DNA of 34,850 bases from a virus. Taxonomy: Duplodnaviria > Caudoviricetes. Below, in pieces: positions 18,843-27,782 of this stretch. The position numbers and the translations under genes were made by a program. Within the stretch, counting starts at the first letter, position 1. Each line of letters begins with the position of its first letter. Below the pieces are notes generated by a model, which worked only from the letters and a program-made list of their open reading frames with translations, was not told the DNA's origin and ran no database searches. Location: the IMG/VR virus record IMGVR_UViG_3300048852_000016, positions 1-34,850 of that record; one strand, written 5' to 3'.

Positions 18843-21251
18843 ATGGCAATCACGCCAGTCACCATCAATGACCCGCTGGCCATAGCCAAGGTCAATGCGG
18901 CGATTACTGAGGCCAACAAGGTGGCTGGCAAGGCTGAGCAGACTGCGCTCGCTGCTGAAACCATGGCTCGGGGCGCGGCTATCTCGGCTGAGGCAACCGC
19001 GCGCGATGCGGCTGTGTCTGGGGAAGCGAGCGCTCGCGCAACCGCCATTGCGGGAGAAGCAACCGCCCGCGCAGCGGCCATCTCGGCCGAGGCGGCGGCG
19101 CGAGTATCTGGAGACGCTCTCCGGATCACCTATGCCGAAGCTGCTATGGGCCCGGTTCGTCCTGGTGAAGCTATCAAGCTATTTACCTCAGACGTTGATG
19201 GTGATCCATCGGCCGTCACGCCACTCACGGACGGCAATAGAGCTGTCGGGGCTCACGGTGCTGTCGGCGCCATCAACGGCGCTGGAGCCGTCGCTCCGAT
19301 CGCTGTGTGGCGACTTGAGCCCGGGCGGCAGTATCGCGCCCGGTTTGTGGTGCAACGAGCCGTCGACACGGCAGACCCTTCGAACGACGCCATCCGGCTC
19401 GGCCTCCGGTGGCTCAAGAGGGACAAGAGCGGCCTTTCCTCCACCACTCTGGCCGATCTGCTTGATGTGACGGTGGCGGATGGGCGCCTCGAGTATTCCT
19501 ACAATTTCGCATTGACAGCGGCCGACAACATCGACGTGAAGGCGGCGCTGACCAGCGTCTATGTCCGGCCCTTCGTCCGAACCTTTGGTTCCGGCGTGAC
19601 GCACGTCGAGTTGATCGACGTCGCCGACCTGACGGACACCATTGAGTGGTCTCCTGACGTTTCGGAGTACCGGAATGAAGTGGCCGGGATCACTCAGCGG
19701 GTCGATGTCATCGAGGACCGGCTTGATATGCTGCCGGCGCTTCCGATAGGCGATGGCAACGCCACGAACGGCGGTGCTGCTGCGATTATCCGGGGTGAGG
19801 GGGATTACTTCTCCATCACGCCTACGGATCTGATGGGGAGTTTCAACAGCCTCAAGGAGTTTGCGTTCGATGCCGGCGGCGATGCGATCTGGACAGCTGA
19901 AGGCGGGTTCCGCACGACTGGTAACCTCATCGTCACCGATGATGGCTCTTTCGGCGGCAATCTGGCCGTCGTGGGAGATGCTGCGGTTGAGGGCAACGCC
20001 ACCATTGGCGGAACCATCGATGTAACCGGCGAGGCAGCGTTCCAGGACGATGTAAGGGTCGCGGGTCACGTCGACATCACATTGACGCTGGACGTGCAGG
20101 GGAATGGCATCCTGCAGTCGGATGCCGATGTCGGGGAGAACCTGACGGTCGGCGGAACCTCGACATTCACGGGCGCCGGATCGTTCCTGTCTACGCTGGC
20201 TGCGGCTGGCGCTGTGACCTTCGGCTCCACGCTTGATGTGACCGGGGCGGCAACCTTTGCCGATGACCTATCCGTCGGGGGCAACACCGATCTGACCGGG
20301 ACACTGGCGGTCGGCGGCAACACGACCCTGCAGGCAAACCTTGATGTGATCGGCAACACCACAATTGGCGGCACGATCGCGGTTACGGGGGATGCGTCTT
20401 TTCTCGCGGAATCCACCTTTGCTGGGACTGTCGGCATTGCCGGCGCAACGACGATTGATGACACGCTCGGGGTAACCGGAGCCGCTTCATTCGGCTCCAC
20501 AATGGCCGTCACCGGTGCCGGTACCTTCTCCAGCACCTTATCCGTCACCGGTAATGTCGATCTGGCGGCAAACCTTGATGTTGATGGTGACACCGTTCTC
20601 GCCGGGATGCTCGGCGTTACCGGAGCTGTCGGGCTTCTCGGCACTCTTGATGTCGGTGGCGATGCCTCGTTCGATGCCAATGTCACGATCGGCGGCACGC
20701 TTGCAGCTTCAGGCGACGTCCTCATGTCGGCTGATCTCGACGTCACGGGAGACACCACGGTCGGCGGGGCACTTGCAGTCACGGGCCCTTCAACCCTCGC
20801 AAGCCTCACTGTCACAGGCGCGGCTATCATCGGGGATGCTGCCGGGGATGCCGTCACGATCCAAGGGACGGAGGTCAAGGCTTATTCCTCTGGTCTCCTC
20901 GACAATGCAGACGCTCTCGCCTGGCGCGCGTCTTTGAACGTCTACGACAAGGGCGAAGTTGACACGGCTATTCAATCGTCCGTCGATGCACTGGAAGACG
21001 CTGATGCCGCGCTGGCGACAGCCATTTCCGATGAGGCCACGGCGCGAGCAGATGCCGATACGGCGCTTCAAACGGGTGTCGACACGAAGGCCCCGATTGA
21101 TGATCCAACATTCACAGGAACCGTCACGTTGCCCTCGGAGGTGATCGGCGCCTTCCCTGTCTTTGCTGATGACGCTGCCGCCGGAACAGGCGGGCTCACG
21201 ACTGGCCGAGTTTATGCAACCGCCACCGGTGAACTCCGGATCAAGCTCTAA
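18843..21251 (+). CDS. Tail fibre with 11-aa coiled-coil repeats and long hexapeptide beta-repeat shaft
   Basis: AAISAEATAR repeats; about 300 aa of G-x-hydrophobic-x-V-x repeats; API..PTFTGTVT and C-terminal DDAAAGTGGL..G.VY. Confidence 0.75.
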   Translation: MAITPVTINDPLAIAKVNAAITEANKVAGKAEQTALAAETMARGAAISAEATARDAAVSGEASARATAIAGEATARAAAISAEAAARVSGDALRITYAEAAMGPVRPGEAIKLFTSDVDGDPSAVTPLTDGNRAVGAHGAVGAINGAGAVAPIAVWRLEPGRQYRARFVVQRAVDTADPSNDAIRLGLRWLKRDKSGLSSTTLADLLDVTVADGRLEYSYNFALTAADNIDVKAALTSVYVRPFVRTFGSGVTHVELIDVADLTDTIEWSPDVSEYRNEVAGITQRVDVIEDRLDMLPALPIGDGNATNGGAAAIIRGEGDYFSITPTDLMGSFNSLKEFAFDAGGDAIWTAEGGFRTTGNLIVTDDGSFGGNLAVVGDAAVEGNATIGGTIDVTGEAAFQDDVRVAGHVDITLTLDVQGNGILQSDADVGENLTVGGTSTFTGAGSFLSTLAAAGAVTFGSTLDVTGAATFADDLSVGGNTDLTGTLAVGGNTTLQANLDVIGNTTIGGTIAVTGDASFLAESTFAGTVGIAGATTIDDTLGVTGAASFGSTMAVTGAGTFSSTLSVTGNVDLAANLDVDGDTVLAGMLGVTGAVGLLGTLDVGGDASFDANVTIGGTLAASGDVLMSADLDVTGDTTVGGALAVTGPSTLASLTVTGAAIIGDAAGDAVTIQGTEVKAYSSGLLDNADALAWRASLNVYDKGEVDTAIQSSVDALEDADAALATAISDEATARADADTALQTGVDTKAPIDDPTFTGTVTLPSEVIGAFPVFADDAAAGTGGLTTGRVYATATGELRIKL

Positions 21252-21272
21252 CCACCCTCAAAGGACATTATC

Positions 21273-21620
21273 ATGGCGACTTTCACGGTCGCCGCCGGCA
21301 CGGACTGGATCCAGACCTTTCGGTTCGGGTCCGTCAATGATCGCTGGCGGCTGGACGACTATCACATCTGGCTTCACGTGAAGAAGGCAGGAGACCCATC
21401 AGTCCTGCTCGATCTCAATACGCAAGCGGGCGGCCTGACTATCACCGATCCCGTGTCCCGCGTGGTGGAAGCCAATGCAGGCTGGGACGCTATCGAGGTG
21501 ATCGAGCCCGGCCCCTTCGAGTTCGACATCCTCTTCGAAAATAAGACAACAGAGGTCCGCTCTCGCAGCGGCCCCCACACCCTCACAATCACTCGCGGCA
21601 TCACTTTCCCGGAGGCCTAA
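21273..21620 (+). CDS. Baseplate-upper / fibre adaptor-like protein
   Basis: G.DW...F...L..Y...L.VK...G.FEFDI; between two receptor-binding genes. Confidence 0.5.
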   Translation: MATFTVAAGTDWIQTFRFGSVNDRWRLDDYHIWLHVKKAGDPSVLLDLNTQAGGLTITDPVSRVVEANAGWDAIEVIEPGPFEFDILFENKTTEVRSRSGPHTLTITRGITFPEA

Positions 21621-21623
21621 ACT

Positions 21624-23816
21624 ATGGCTCGCAATCCTTCCAATACCGTTGTTCTTGCTACCCCGGAGCGGGGTGTCGACGGCCGTACCGTGTTCACGCT
21701 CGCTCGTCAGCCAACAATGGCGGATGGGAGGATCGGTGACTTCTGCATCGATACGGTGACAAAGAAGCTCTATGGGCCGAAGAACGCCGCCGGCTGGCCT
21801 GATCAAGGTCTCATCAAGGGCGATGAAGGCTGGACACCGGTCCTGGGTGTCGTGGCCGATGGCTCGCGTCGAGTGCAGCGGGTAGTCGATTGGTTTGGCG
21901 GTGCCGGGGCAAAGCCTGACACGGGCGCTTATATCGGCCCGACAGGTTATGTCACAGACATTGCGGAAGCGACCGACTATCGCGGCGCTGAAGGCCCGCA
22001 GGCTTTGATCGATGCGCTCGACGCTGCTTCAGTTGAAGTTGAGGATTCCAGCTTGATTGCGACGGCAGAAGCTGGATCCGACAACGAGAAAAGGACGGTT
22101 GCGGAGATATTCGATGTGGGAGCTGTGCTTGATCGGCGCAGCATCGACCATGCGAAAGTGTCCGTCGTCAGGAAGCAGGTCGATAGAATCCGTACTGTCA
22201 CTGACGCAGCCTTCAACGTGTTTGGCACCTATCGCCGCACGGCACAGGAGCCATCCCACACGGCAAAATTCCGAAGTGCTGACCGTTGGACCGCTGCCGG
22301 AAACTCCGATAGCGCGAATGGTGGCTGGTGGGAGTTGGCCGACAGGGAGGTTGTTCCGGAGCACTTCTTTCTCGCAATCGACGCCGATTGGACGAATGCG
22401 ATCAACAGGGCCTTGAACTTTGGAGCTGACCGTGTGCGGCTTCGCAACGGTCGGACCTATGACATCAGCGGTCGCGTTGCAGTCCCGCCAAAGGTGTCTT
22501 TCGTTGGTGGCGAGAAAACCTGGCTGCGTTGCACGTCCCCTTCCGCTGGTGTCGACTTCCTATATCCGGGTGTCGATATCTATGGAACCCGGTATGGGGT
22601 GCATGAGCACATCCACATCGACGGCAATGGAATTGCAAATCTCGGCCTTTACATCGGCTTGTCCGTCTATGCGGAATTCCGACAGTTCGAGGTAAAGGGA
22701 TGCGTGGTGGGGTGGATCCTCGACGGTGCGCAAAATAACGTCTTCCAAGGCTTTGATATTCATAGCAACCGCCAGGCCCATAAGCAGTTAAATGGTGCCG
22801 GAAATAATCTTTATCTTCGTTGCGAGTTTTCCGATTGTGGCCTTCCGATTGCTGCGGGCGAGGCGACCCACCTTAGTATTGAAACGGACCCTGCTTTTCC
22901 GGGCTACGATGTAAATATCTACCTTCGTCGTTGCACCAACAACACCTTCCTCCGGTGCATCTTTGAACGGACGACGTCGGGTCTGACGAGCGAGCCCCTT
23001 CGCGTCCGGCTGAAGAATTCTCGTCAGATTGCCTTCCGGGACTGCGACTTCGGTTCAATGCTTTCACTGGGGATGCAGATCGACTCGACGGCCATTCTGA
23101 CCCTTATTGACGGCTGCTATCTCGAAGGAAACCCGGCCGATTCCACCAGCTATGCCATCCTCAATGCGGGTTTTAAGACTGAAATCCGGGGCGGGCATAT
23201 TCAGAGGTTCGGCTCTAGCGACGTCATTAGGACTTCAAGCGTTCTGCTCTTCGATGGAATTGCGTTTGAAAATGCGACTGATTATATCAGAAACACTGCC
23301 GGGAGCAGCCGGTCAAACCTGCGAAAGGGTAATGCCGCCGACCACATGGGAACCGGGACGACCATGCTTGCCGCTGGCCTTATGTATCCCGGCGTTTTCT
23401 ACTTCAACGACGCGAACCAGGTTTTCATGCGTGGTAACGCTGCCACCTTGCGGGTCGTGACTGCCGATATGGTCGAGGCTTCGGTAGATCATTCCGCTGG
23501 CGCAGCCGGGGACAGGCTTCTGACGGCTCAACTTACGTCTGGCATCTGGGAGGTTTACGCCAGCGTGACCAACCTGGACAACAACCACTCACGGTCCGCG
23601 AAATTCCTGGTTCATCTCAATACCGCTGGATCGACCAAGCTTGCCAACGTGCAAAAGGTAGGCTCGGATGCCGCGCATGGAACGGTTTATACCGCCATTT
23701 CGGCGTCGATCGATTCGACCGGAGCGGTCACGCTAGCGGTGACCACATCCAGCACAAGCGCTCAAGCAGGCATGCGGCTGAAGGCTGTTCGAATGGGTGG
23801 TTTCTTAAGTCCTTAA
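21624..23816 (+). CDS. Tailspike with pectate-lyase-like beta-helix (putative depolymerase)
   Basis: GRIGDFCID..LYGPK anchor; GGWWEL..V.PE.F...DWTNAINRAL; IHIDGNG, NNTFLRCIFE beta-helix pattern. Confidence 0.75.
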   Translation: MARNPSNTVVLATPERGVDGRTVFTLARQPTMADGRIGDFCIDTVTKKLYGPKNAAGWPDQGLIKGDEGWTPVLGVVADGSRRVQRVVDWFGGAGAKPDTGAYIGPTGYVTDIAEATDYRGAEGPQALIDALDAASVEVEDSSLIATAEAGSDNEKRTVAEIFDVGAVLDRRSIDHAKVSVVRKQVDRIRTVTDAAFNVFGTYRRTAQEPSHTAKFRSADRWTAAGNSDSANGGWWELADREVVPEHFFLAIDADWTNAINRALNFGADRVRLRNGRTYDISGRVAVPPKVSFVGGEKTWLRCTSPSAGVDFLYPGVDIYGTRYGVHEHIHIDGNGIANLGLYIGLSVYAEFRQFEVKGCVVGWILDGAQNNVFQGFDIHSNRQAHKQLNGAGNNLYLRCEFSDCGLPIAAGEATHLSIETDPAFPGYDVNIYLRRCTNNTFLRCIFERTTSGLTSEPLRVRLKNSRQIAFRDCDFGSMLSLGMQIDSTAILTLIDGCYLEGNPADSTSYAILNAGFKTEIRGGHIQRFGSSDVIRTSSVLLFDGIAFENATDYIRNTAGSSRSNLRKGNAADHMGTGTTMLAAGLMYPGVFYFNDANQVFMRGNAATLRVVTADMVEASVDHSAGAAGDRLLTAQLTSGIWEVYASVTNLDNNHSRSAKFLVHLNTAGSTKLANVQKVGSDAAHGTVYTAISASIDSTGAVTLAVTTSSTSAQAGMRLKAVRMGGFLSP

Positions 23817-23909
23817 GCCAGTGTTGGCTTGCGGCGTAAGCAATAGTTGATTTCCCGGGAGAATCCTGTGCTCATTTGGTTCTTCATCTCCGAGCGCAAG
23901 GTTTCTCGT

Positions 23910-24662
23910 ATGGAAGGGCATTGGTCAGATCGTCATCGGCGTCTCCGATTTGGGCTCATCCTGCTTTCTTTTGTGCTTGTGCTCGTAACCCACTATGGAG
24001 CCAAGGACATCACATTCTTGGGTATATTAGGCAGGGATGCGCAGATCCCACAAGAGCATCTCGTTGCGGGAATATTTCTCGTTCTACTGTATTTGGTCGC
24101 CGAGTTTTTGGTCTCAACTTATAACGAGAAGGCTGTCGTTCATCGGGTGGTACAGCAATTGAAGTCAATCCGAGAGCAACTGGATGGCGCGGAAGAGTAT
24201 GCCTATAGCCATCTTACATCTGAACGATTGTATGAGGTGGTGAACCGTATTGAGGAGCAGGCTACACGTATTCGAGATGTTCACGGTTCTTTTTTCAACG
24301 ATGCAACTCGTTACAGCGCCCCTGATATCGAACGAGCCTTTGCCCAGGACGTCGAGAAGCTTCGGGAGGTAGTCGAACATCTCGTCCGCGACCTGAGGGA
24401 GGGGTGGTCAGAAGCGCTTCATCAGCTGAATATAAGAGCGGTAGCTGAACGGCACTCCCTGAGATATCCCCTTCGCAGGATCTCCCGGTTTAAGCTCGGT
24501 TATCTAATACAGCAGTGGGGGGTTGAGGTTTCGATCCCGCTTGGAGTGGCTTTCACTGCTCTCTTCATATCGTTACCTGCCTTCTGGTTTTCGGCCGGCC
24601 GAGCATATTTAGATCTTTCATCCGCGCTGCGAAGAAGTTTGGTGTTCTTGGGCTTGGGATAG
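23910..24662 (+). CDS. Hypothetical membrane protein (moron; start uncertain, TTG 23847 alternative)
   Basis: Two N-terminal and one C-terminal hydrophobic segments around a coiled region; visibly AT-richer than phage core. Confidence 0.6.
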   Translation: MEGHWSDRHRRLRFGLILLSFVLVLVTHYGAKDITFLGILGRDAQIPQEHLVAGIFLVLLYLVAEFLVSTYNEKAVVHRVVQQLKSIREQLDGAEEYAYSHLTSERLYEVVNRIEEQATRIRDVHGSFFNDATRYSAPDIERAFAQDVEKLREVVEHLVRDLREGWSEALHQLNIRAVAERHSLRYPLRRISRFKLGYLIQQWGVEVSIPLGVAFTALFISLPAFWFSAGRAYLDLSSALRRSLVFLGLG

Positions 24663-24695
24663 ACCTGATCGAACACCGGAAGGAAAGCCTCAGAC

Positions 24696-24723
24696 AAAGA
24701 AAAACCCGAGGGGTTGCCTCGGG
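24696..24723 (-). terminator. Intrinsic terminator of the XRE-GNAT operon
   Basis: CCCGAGG-ggttg-CCTCGGG preceded by AAAGAAAAA (U tract on minus strand). Confidence 0.7.
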
Positions 24724-24754
24724 CTCTGTGAACGGTTGATGGGCAGCAGTATGC

Positions 24755-24949
24755 CTATCGAGCGAACTCGGGTTCGCCGTGATTTTCTTCGCCTCTGTAA
24801 GTTAGAGCCCGCTTCTTCTGCTCGGGTGTGAGAGCCGCGAAGAAACCTACAGCCGGACGCGGCTTTGCATACGCCGGCTCTGGCTCGGGCAGCTTGCGTT
24901 CAGTGCGGATAGCCTTTCTGAAGGCTGGGTTTAGTTTCTGTGCGAACAT
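24755..24949 (-). CDS. Small basic hypothetical protein
   Basis: 64 aa, starts 2 nt after upstream stop; GFFAALTPEQKKRALTYRG. Confidence 0.6.
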   Translation of the reverse strand: MFAQKLNPAFRKAIRTERKLPEPEPAYAKPRPAVGFFAALTPEQKKRALTYRGEENHGEPEFAR

Positions 24950-24951
24950 TT

Positions 24952-25458
24952 CTATATCCCTTTGGTGCAGTAGGGAGGTCCCTTTGAGGGGCGGACGACT
25001 TCGAAGCCGTATGCAGTCTCGTATAACAAAATGAGCTTTTCGTTAAGAGGTTCCAGAGTCAAGACATGTTTACCTCGTCTCTGACCGTAATTGGCTGCAG
25101 CTTCGAGAGCAATCAAGACCCGGCGCCCCTTTAATGGGCAATTTGGATCGGGGCTGCCTTCTATAAACCTCAGCTTGACGTTCTTATCACCTGTCGTCGC
25201 GATGGCAAGCCCGCAAAGGATGTCGTCAACCCAGATCGCGAACTTGAAAGCGTCGATGCCGCGATAGTTGGAATTAACAGCGTCCCAATCAAATTGGGAA
25301 GATCCCCACTGCTGCTGGACTGCATCAAGTGCCTTCATGCTAATCGTAGATATCGTGAAGTTAACGCCTACCGGACCACGAAGGGCCGCGCCTGCGGATA
25401 GGCAAGCGTCAAGTTTATCTTGCTCATAGCGAGCTTTAGCTTTGGTGAAATAATTCAA
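24952..25458 (-). CDS. Divergent GNAT-fold (N-acetyltransferase-like) protein
   Basis: Likely TTG start at 25458 with GAGG RBS; FAIW..LCGLA...LRFIEGSP..PLKG....ALEAAANY...L.LEPLN..LI..YE..YGF follows GNAT topology. Confidence 0.55.
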   Translation of the reverse strand: MNYFTKAKARYEQDKLDACLSAGAALRGPVGVNFTISTISMKALDAVQQQWGSSQFDWDAVNSNYRGIDAFKFAIWVDDILCGLAIATTGDKNVKLRFIEGSPDPNCPLKGRRVLIALEAAANYGQRRGKHVLTLEPLNEKLILLYETAYGFEVVRPSKGPPYCTKGI

Positions 25459-25471
25459 TGAAACCTCGAAC

Positions 25472-25738
25472 TCATTCGTCGGAGCTATCCGTCGAGGTTG
25501 CGAACCGCACACCATCGCCAGCGGTGCTCGTCTCTCCAGCAGCCACAAAGACAACCCCGGCTTGTTCAATAACCCGAATGAGCGAGGAGATGCTCTGGTA
25601 ATTTCCTGAAAGCGGCCCCGAGCCGCCTTCGTATCGCTTGAGCGTTTGAACCGGCACGTCAGCAGCTTCCGCGAGCGCTCTCTGTTCCATCTTCAGAAGC
25701 GCCCGTGCGGCTCGTAATTGTTCGGCTGTGATGGTCAT
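25472..25738 (-). CDS. XRE family HTH transcriptional regulator
   Basis: ITAEQLRAARALL.MEQ..LAEAA.V...TLKRYE...IEQAGVVF...GVR. Confidence 0.85.
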   Translation of the reverse strand: MTITAEQLRAARALLKMEQRALAEAADVPVQTLKRYEGGSGPLSGNYQSISSLIRVIEQAGVVFVAAGETSTAGDGVRFATSTDSSDE

Positions 25739-25835
25739 AAATGAGCCCTAAGTATCTTTTATGAGATTTAGGTATTGAACTTATAGTCCAGCAGTGCTAC
25801 CTAGGTATCACCACCGATACAAAGGAGCAACCGAA
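25739..25835. promoter_or_regulatory. Divergent promoter/operator region
   Basis: AT-rich; YTARGTAT at 25748, 25768, 25801; palindrome TACCTAGGTA 25798-25807; TTGAAC -35-like at 25775; AAGGAG RBS. Confidence 0.55.
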
Positions 25836-26144
25836 ATGTTCGACACTGCAAAGATCATGAAGGACGCATGGAGCATCTACCGCCGCAACTGGTGCGGTGC
25901 TCGCCCTGCTACTGAGGCACTTCGCCTCAAGGAATTCGGCAAGGCTCTCCGCAATGCCTGGGTATGGGCAAAGCAGGAAGTGACCGAAGTCGCAAAGACC
26001 GCAGCCGAGAAGTTTGGTGAGCAGATCGCCGCTCTCAAGGTTGAGCTGGACCGGATCGACGCTCGCCCGTTCGGGATGCGCATCGAGGCTGACCGCGCTG
26101 TTGTGGTTGCTCGTATCGCTACTATCTCTCGGAGGGCAGCATAA
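25836..26144 (+). CDS. Hypothetical phage protein
   Basis: MFDTAKIMKDAW...FGKALRNAW..AK; strong RBS. Confidence 0.75.
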   Translation: MFDTAKIMKDAWSIYRRNWCGARPATEALRLKEFGKALRNAWVWAKQEVTEVAKTAAEKFGEQIAALKVELDRIDARPFGMRIEADRAVVVARIATISRRAA

Positions 26145-26329
26145 TGGATAACGTTCTTCTCTCTCAGATCGCTCGCAGCCCCGTTGTGGCGGCCTTCTTC
26201 GCCCGTGGTGAGCGTGACAATGGTGGTGCGTTTGCCGTTCCGTCTCCTCGTGATCCCAACTTAATCGGTAGCGCAGGCGCATCGCTTCGGTGGCGCGTCC
26301 AGCTCGAGGCTGCGAGGGCAGACGCATGA
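26144..26329 (+). CDS. Small hypothetical protein
   Basis: TAATG coupling upstream and ATGA coupling downstream. Confidence 0.5.
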   Translation: MDNVLLSQIARSPVVAAFFARGERDNGGAFAVPSPRDPNLIGSAGASLRWRVQLEAARADA

Positions 26330-26622
26330 ACGCTCTCGTTCGCATTGAGAAATTTCGCCGTGTAGCGTTGGAAGAGTACATCGAGCGGCTTATCGCTTTG
26401 CTCGACAACTTGGACGGGGACCAAGACCTAGAAGATGGCTCTGATGCCGAGCCTGAGGAAACTGACCAAGATGGTGATGAGCAAGACTGCTCACATTCGG
26501 AAGAGGAGTGGTCGCCTCACTCGAATGGCGCACTGCGCTGGGATGGCCTGGGCGTCAATATCGCAAATGATCTGCTTGGTGGGCTGCCAGATGCCGCGCG
26601 CCGGCGGGAGCCGGCACTATGA
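26326..26622 (+). CDS. Acidic hypothetical phage protein
   Basis: IERLIALLDNLDGDQDLED motif; ATGA overlaps both sides. Confidence 0.65.
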   Translation: MNALVRIEKFRRVALEEYIERLIALLDNLDGDQDLEDGSDAEPEETDQDGDEQDCSHSEEEWSPHSNGALRWDGLGVNIANDLLGGLPDAARRREPAL

Positions 26623-26999
26623 ACCGGCGCACCATCTTGAAAGCGGGCGCAGCATTGGCAGCTAGCTCCAACAGCTCGATTTCGACCGCGGCCGCAACAG
26701 CGGATGAGAACCCATACGAGCGCATCCGCCGATTGAGTAATGAGCTTTCGGAAGCGTTGGTGGATGTGCCTCAGTACGAGTACGTCATGGTGAGGCCCGA
26801 TAAGGACGAATATCCTGTACTTATCGCCTATCGAGGTCCGTCCAGCGCAGAAGCTATGGCGAAGGTACACTTCTCGGAGTATCGCCGCGCCATGCAGATG
26901 ATCGACCCCAGCATTAAAGGCTGGTCCGTTTATCATCCGATAGACGACGACGATTGCCGGGTGATGATCACGGCGAGTTCGAAGCCGATCAAGAAATAA
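26619..26999 (+). CDS. Hypothetical protein with twin-arginine-like N-terminus
   Basis: MNRRTILKAGAALAAS; ATGA-coupled. Confidence 0.6.
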   Translation: MNRRTILKAGAALAASSNSSISTAAATADENPYERIRRLSNELSEALVDVPQYEYVMVRPDKDEYPVLIAYRGPSSAEAMAKVHFSEYRRAMQMIDPSIKGWSVYHPIDDDDCRVMITASSKPIKK

Positions 27000-27122
27000 C
27001 TGAAATTCCCCGCTGCCATGGGGATGTAACGCGAACGACGAGCTTCATAGGCTCCGGCGTTCGTGAAAGCGAACCCCTGTGCGTTACCGGGCTTGGCAGG
27101 CCGGACGCCTATGGAGACTGAA

Positions 27123-27782
27123 ATGGCTACTGCAAAACAAGACGTAGGGATCGAACTGCCGCCGCTTGCAATCCAGTTGATGGAAGTGACTGTAGTTGGA
27201 GATAGCCCCCTGATCGTCCACGCATGGTCTGAGAAGGCTAAGAAGGAAATGCTCGGCAAGCAGATGAAGACCGCCAAGCAGGCAAAGGAAGCGAAAGATC
27301 CACGGGCAGACTTTGAAAGCTCGCTGTACCGCCTTGGGGATGGCTACGGCTTCCCCTCCATCGGCTTCAAGGCTGCAGCCGTCACGGCCTGCACATCGGT
27401 CGCCGGGATCACAAAGGTTGCGGCTCGACAGGCGTTCCACATCCTGGGCGAAGACATTGACATCAAAGGCGCGTTCGAAGGCACAAAGGCGCGCGTCAAC
27501 CTCGTTCGGATCAACGGCGGGGCACCTTCTATGCGCGAGGATATGGTGCGGGTTGGCATGGGAACAGCTGACCTTCGGTATCGCGGCGAATTCGCAGACT
27601 GGCACGCAAAACTGTTGGTCCGCTACAACGCCAATGTCCTGAGCGAAAGTCAGATCCTGAACATCATCAACGTGGCCGGGTTCGCCGTTGGGGTTGGGGA
27701 ATGGCGACCTGAGAAGGATGGCATGAGCGGAATGTTCCACGTGGCTACCGAGCGCGACATGGCGAAGCTGGAGGCGGCATGA
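27123..27782 (+). CDS. Stand-alone Cas7/RAMP-like protein
   Basis: 219 aa; N-terminal strand VTVVGDSPLIVH, FPSIGFKAA helix, VRVG..DLRYR.EF..W hairpin, C-terminal Gly-rich loop AGFAVGVGEWRPEKDGMSGMFHV; GGAG RBS. Confidence 0.75.
   Translation: MATAKQDVGIELPPLAIQLMEVTVVGDSPLIVHAWSEKAKKEMLGKQMKTAKQAKEAKDPRADFESSLYRLGDGYGFPSIGFKAAAVTACTSVAGITKVAARQAFHILGEDIDIKGAFEGTKARVNLVRINGGAPSMREDMVRVGMGTADLRYRGEFADWHAKLLVRYNANVLSESQILNIINVAGFAVGVGEWRPEKDGMSGMFHVATERDMAKLEAA

Noticed and set aside
18950-19110. 33-bp imperfect DNA repeats
   Set aside because: Explained by 11-aa coiled-coil repeats of the tail fibre
18843-23816. Diversity-generating retroelement or invertible tail-fibre switch
   Set aside because: No reverse transcriptase, invertase or template/variable repeat pair seen in the window
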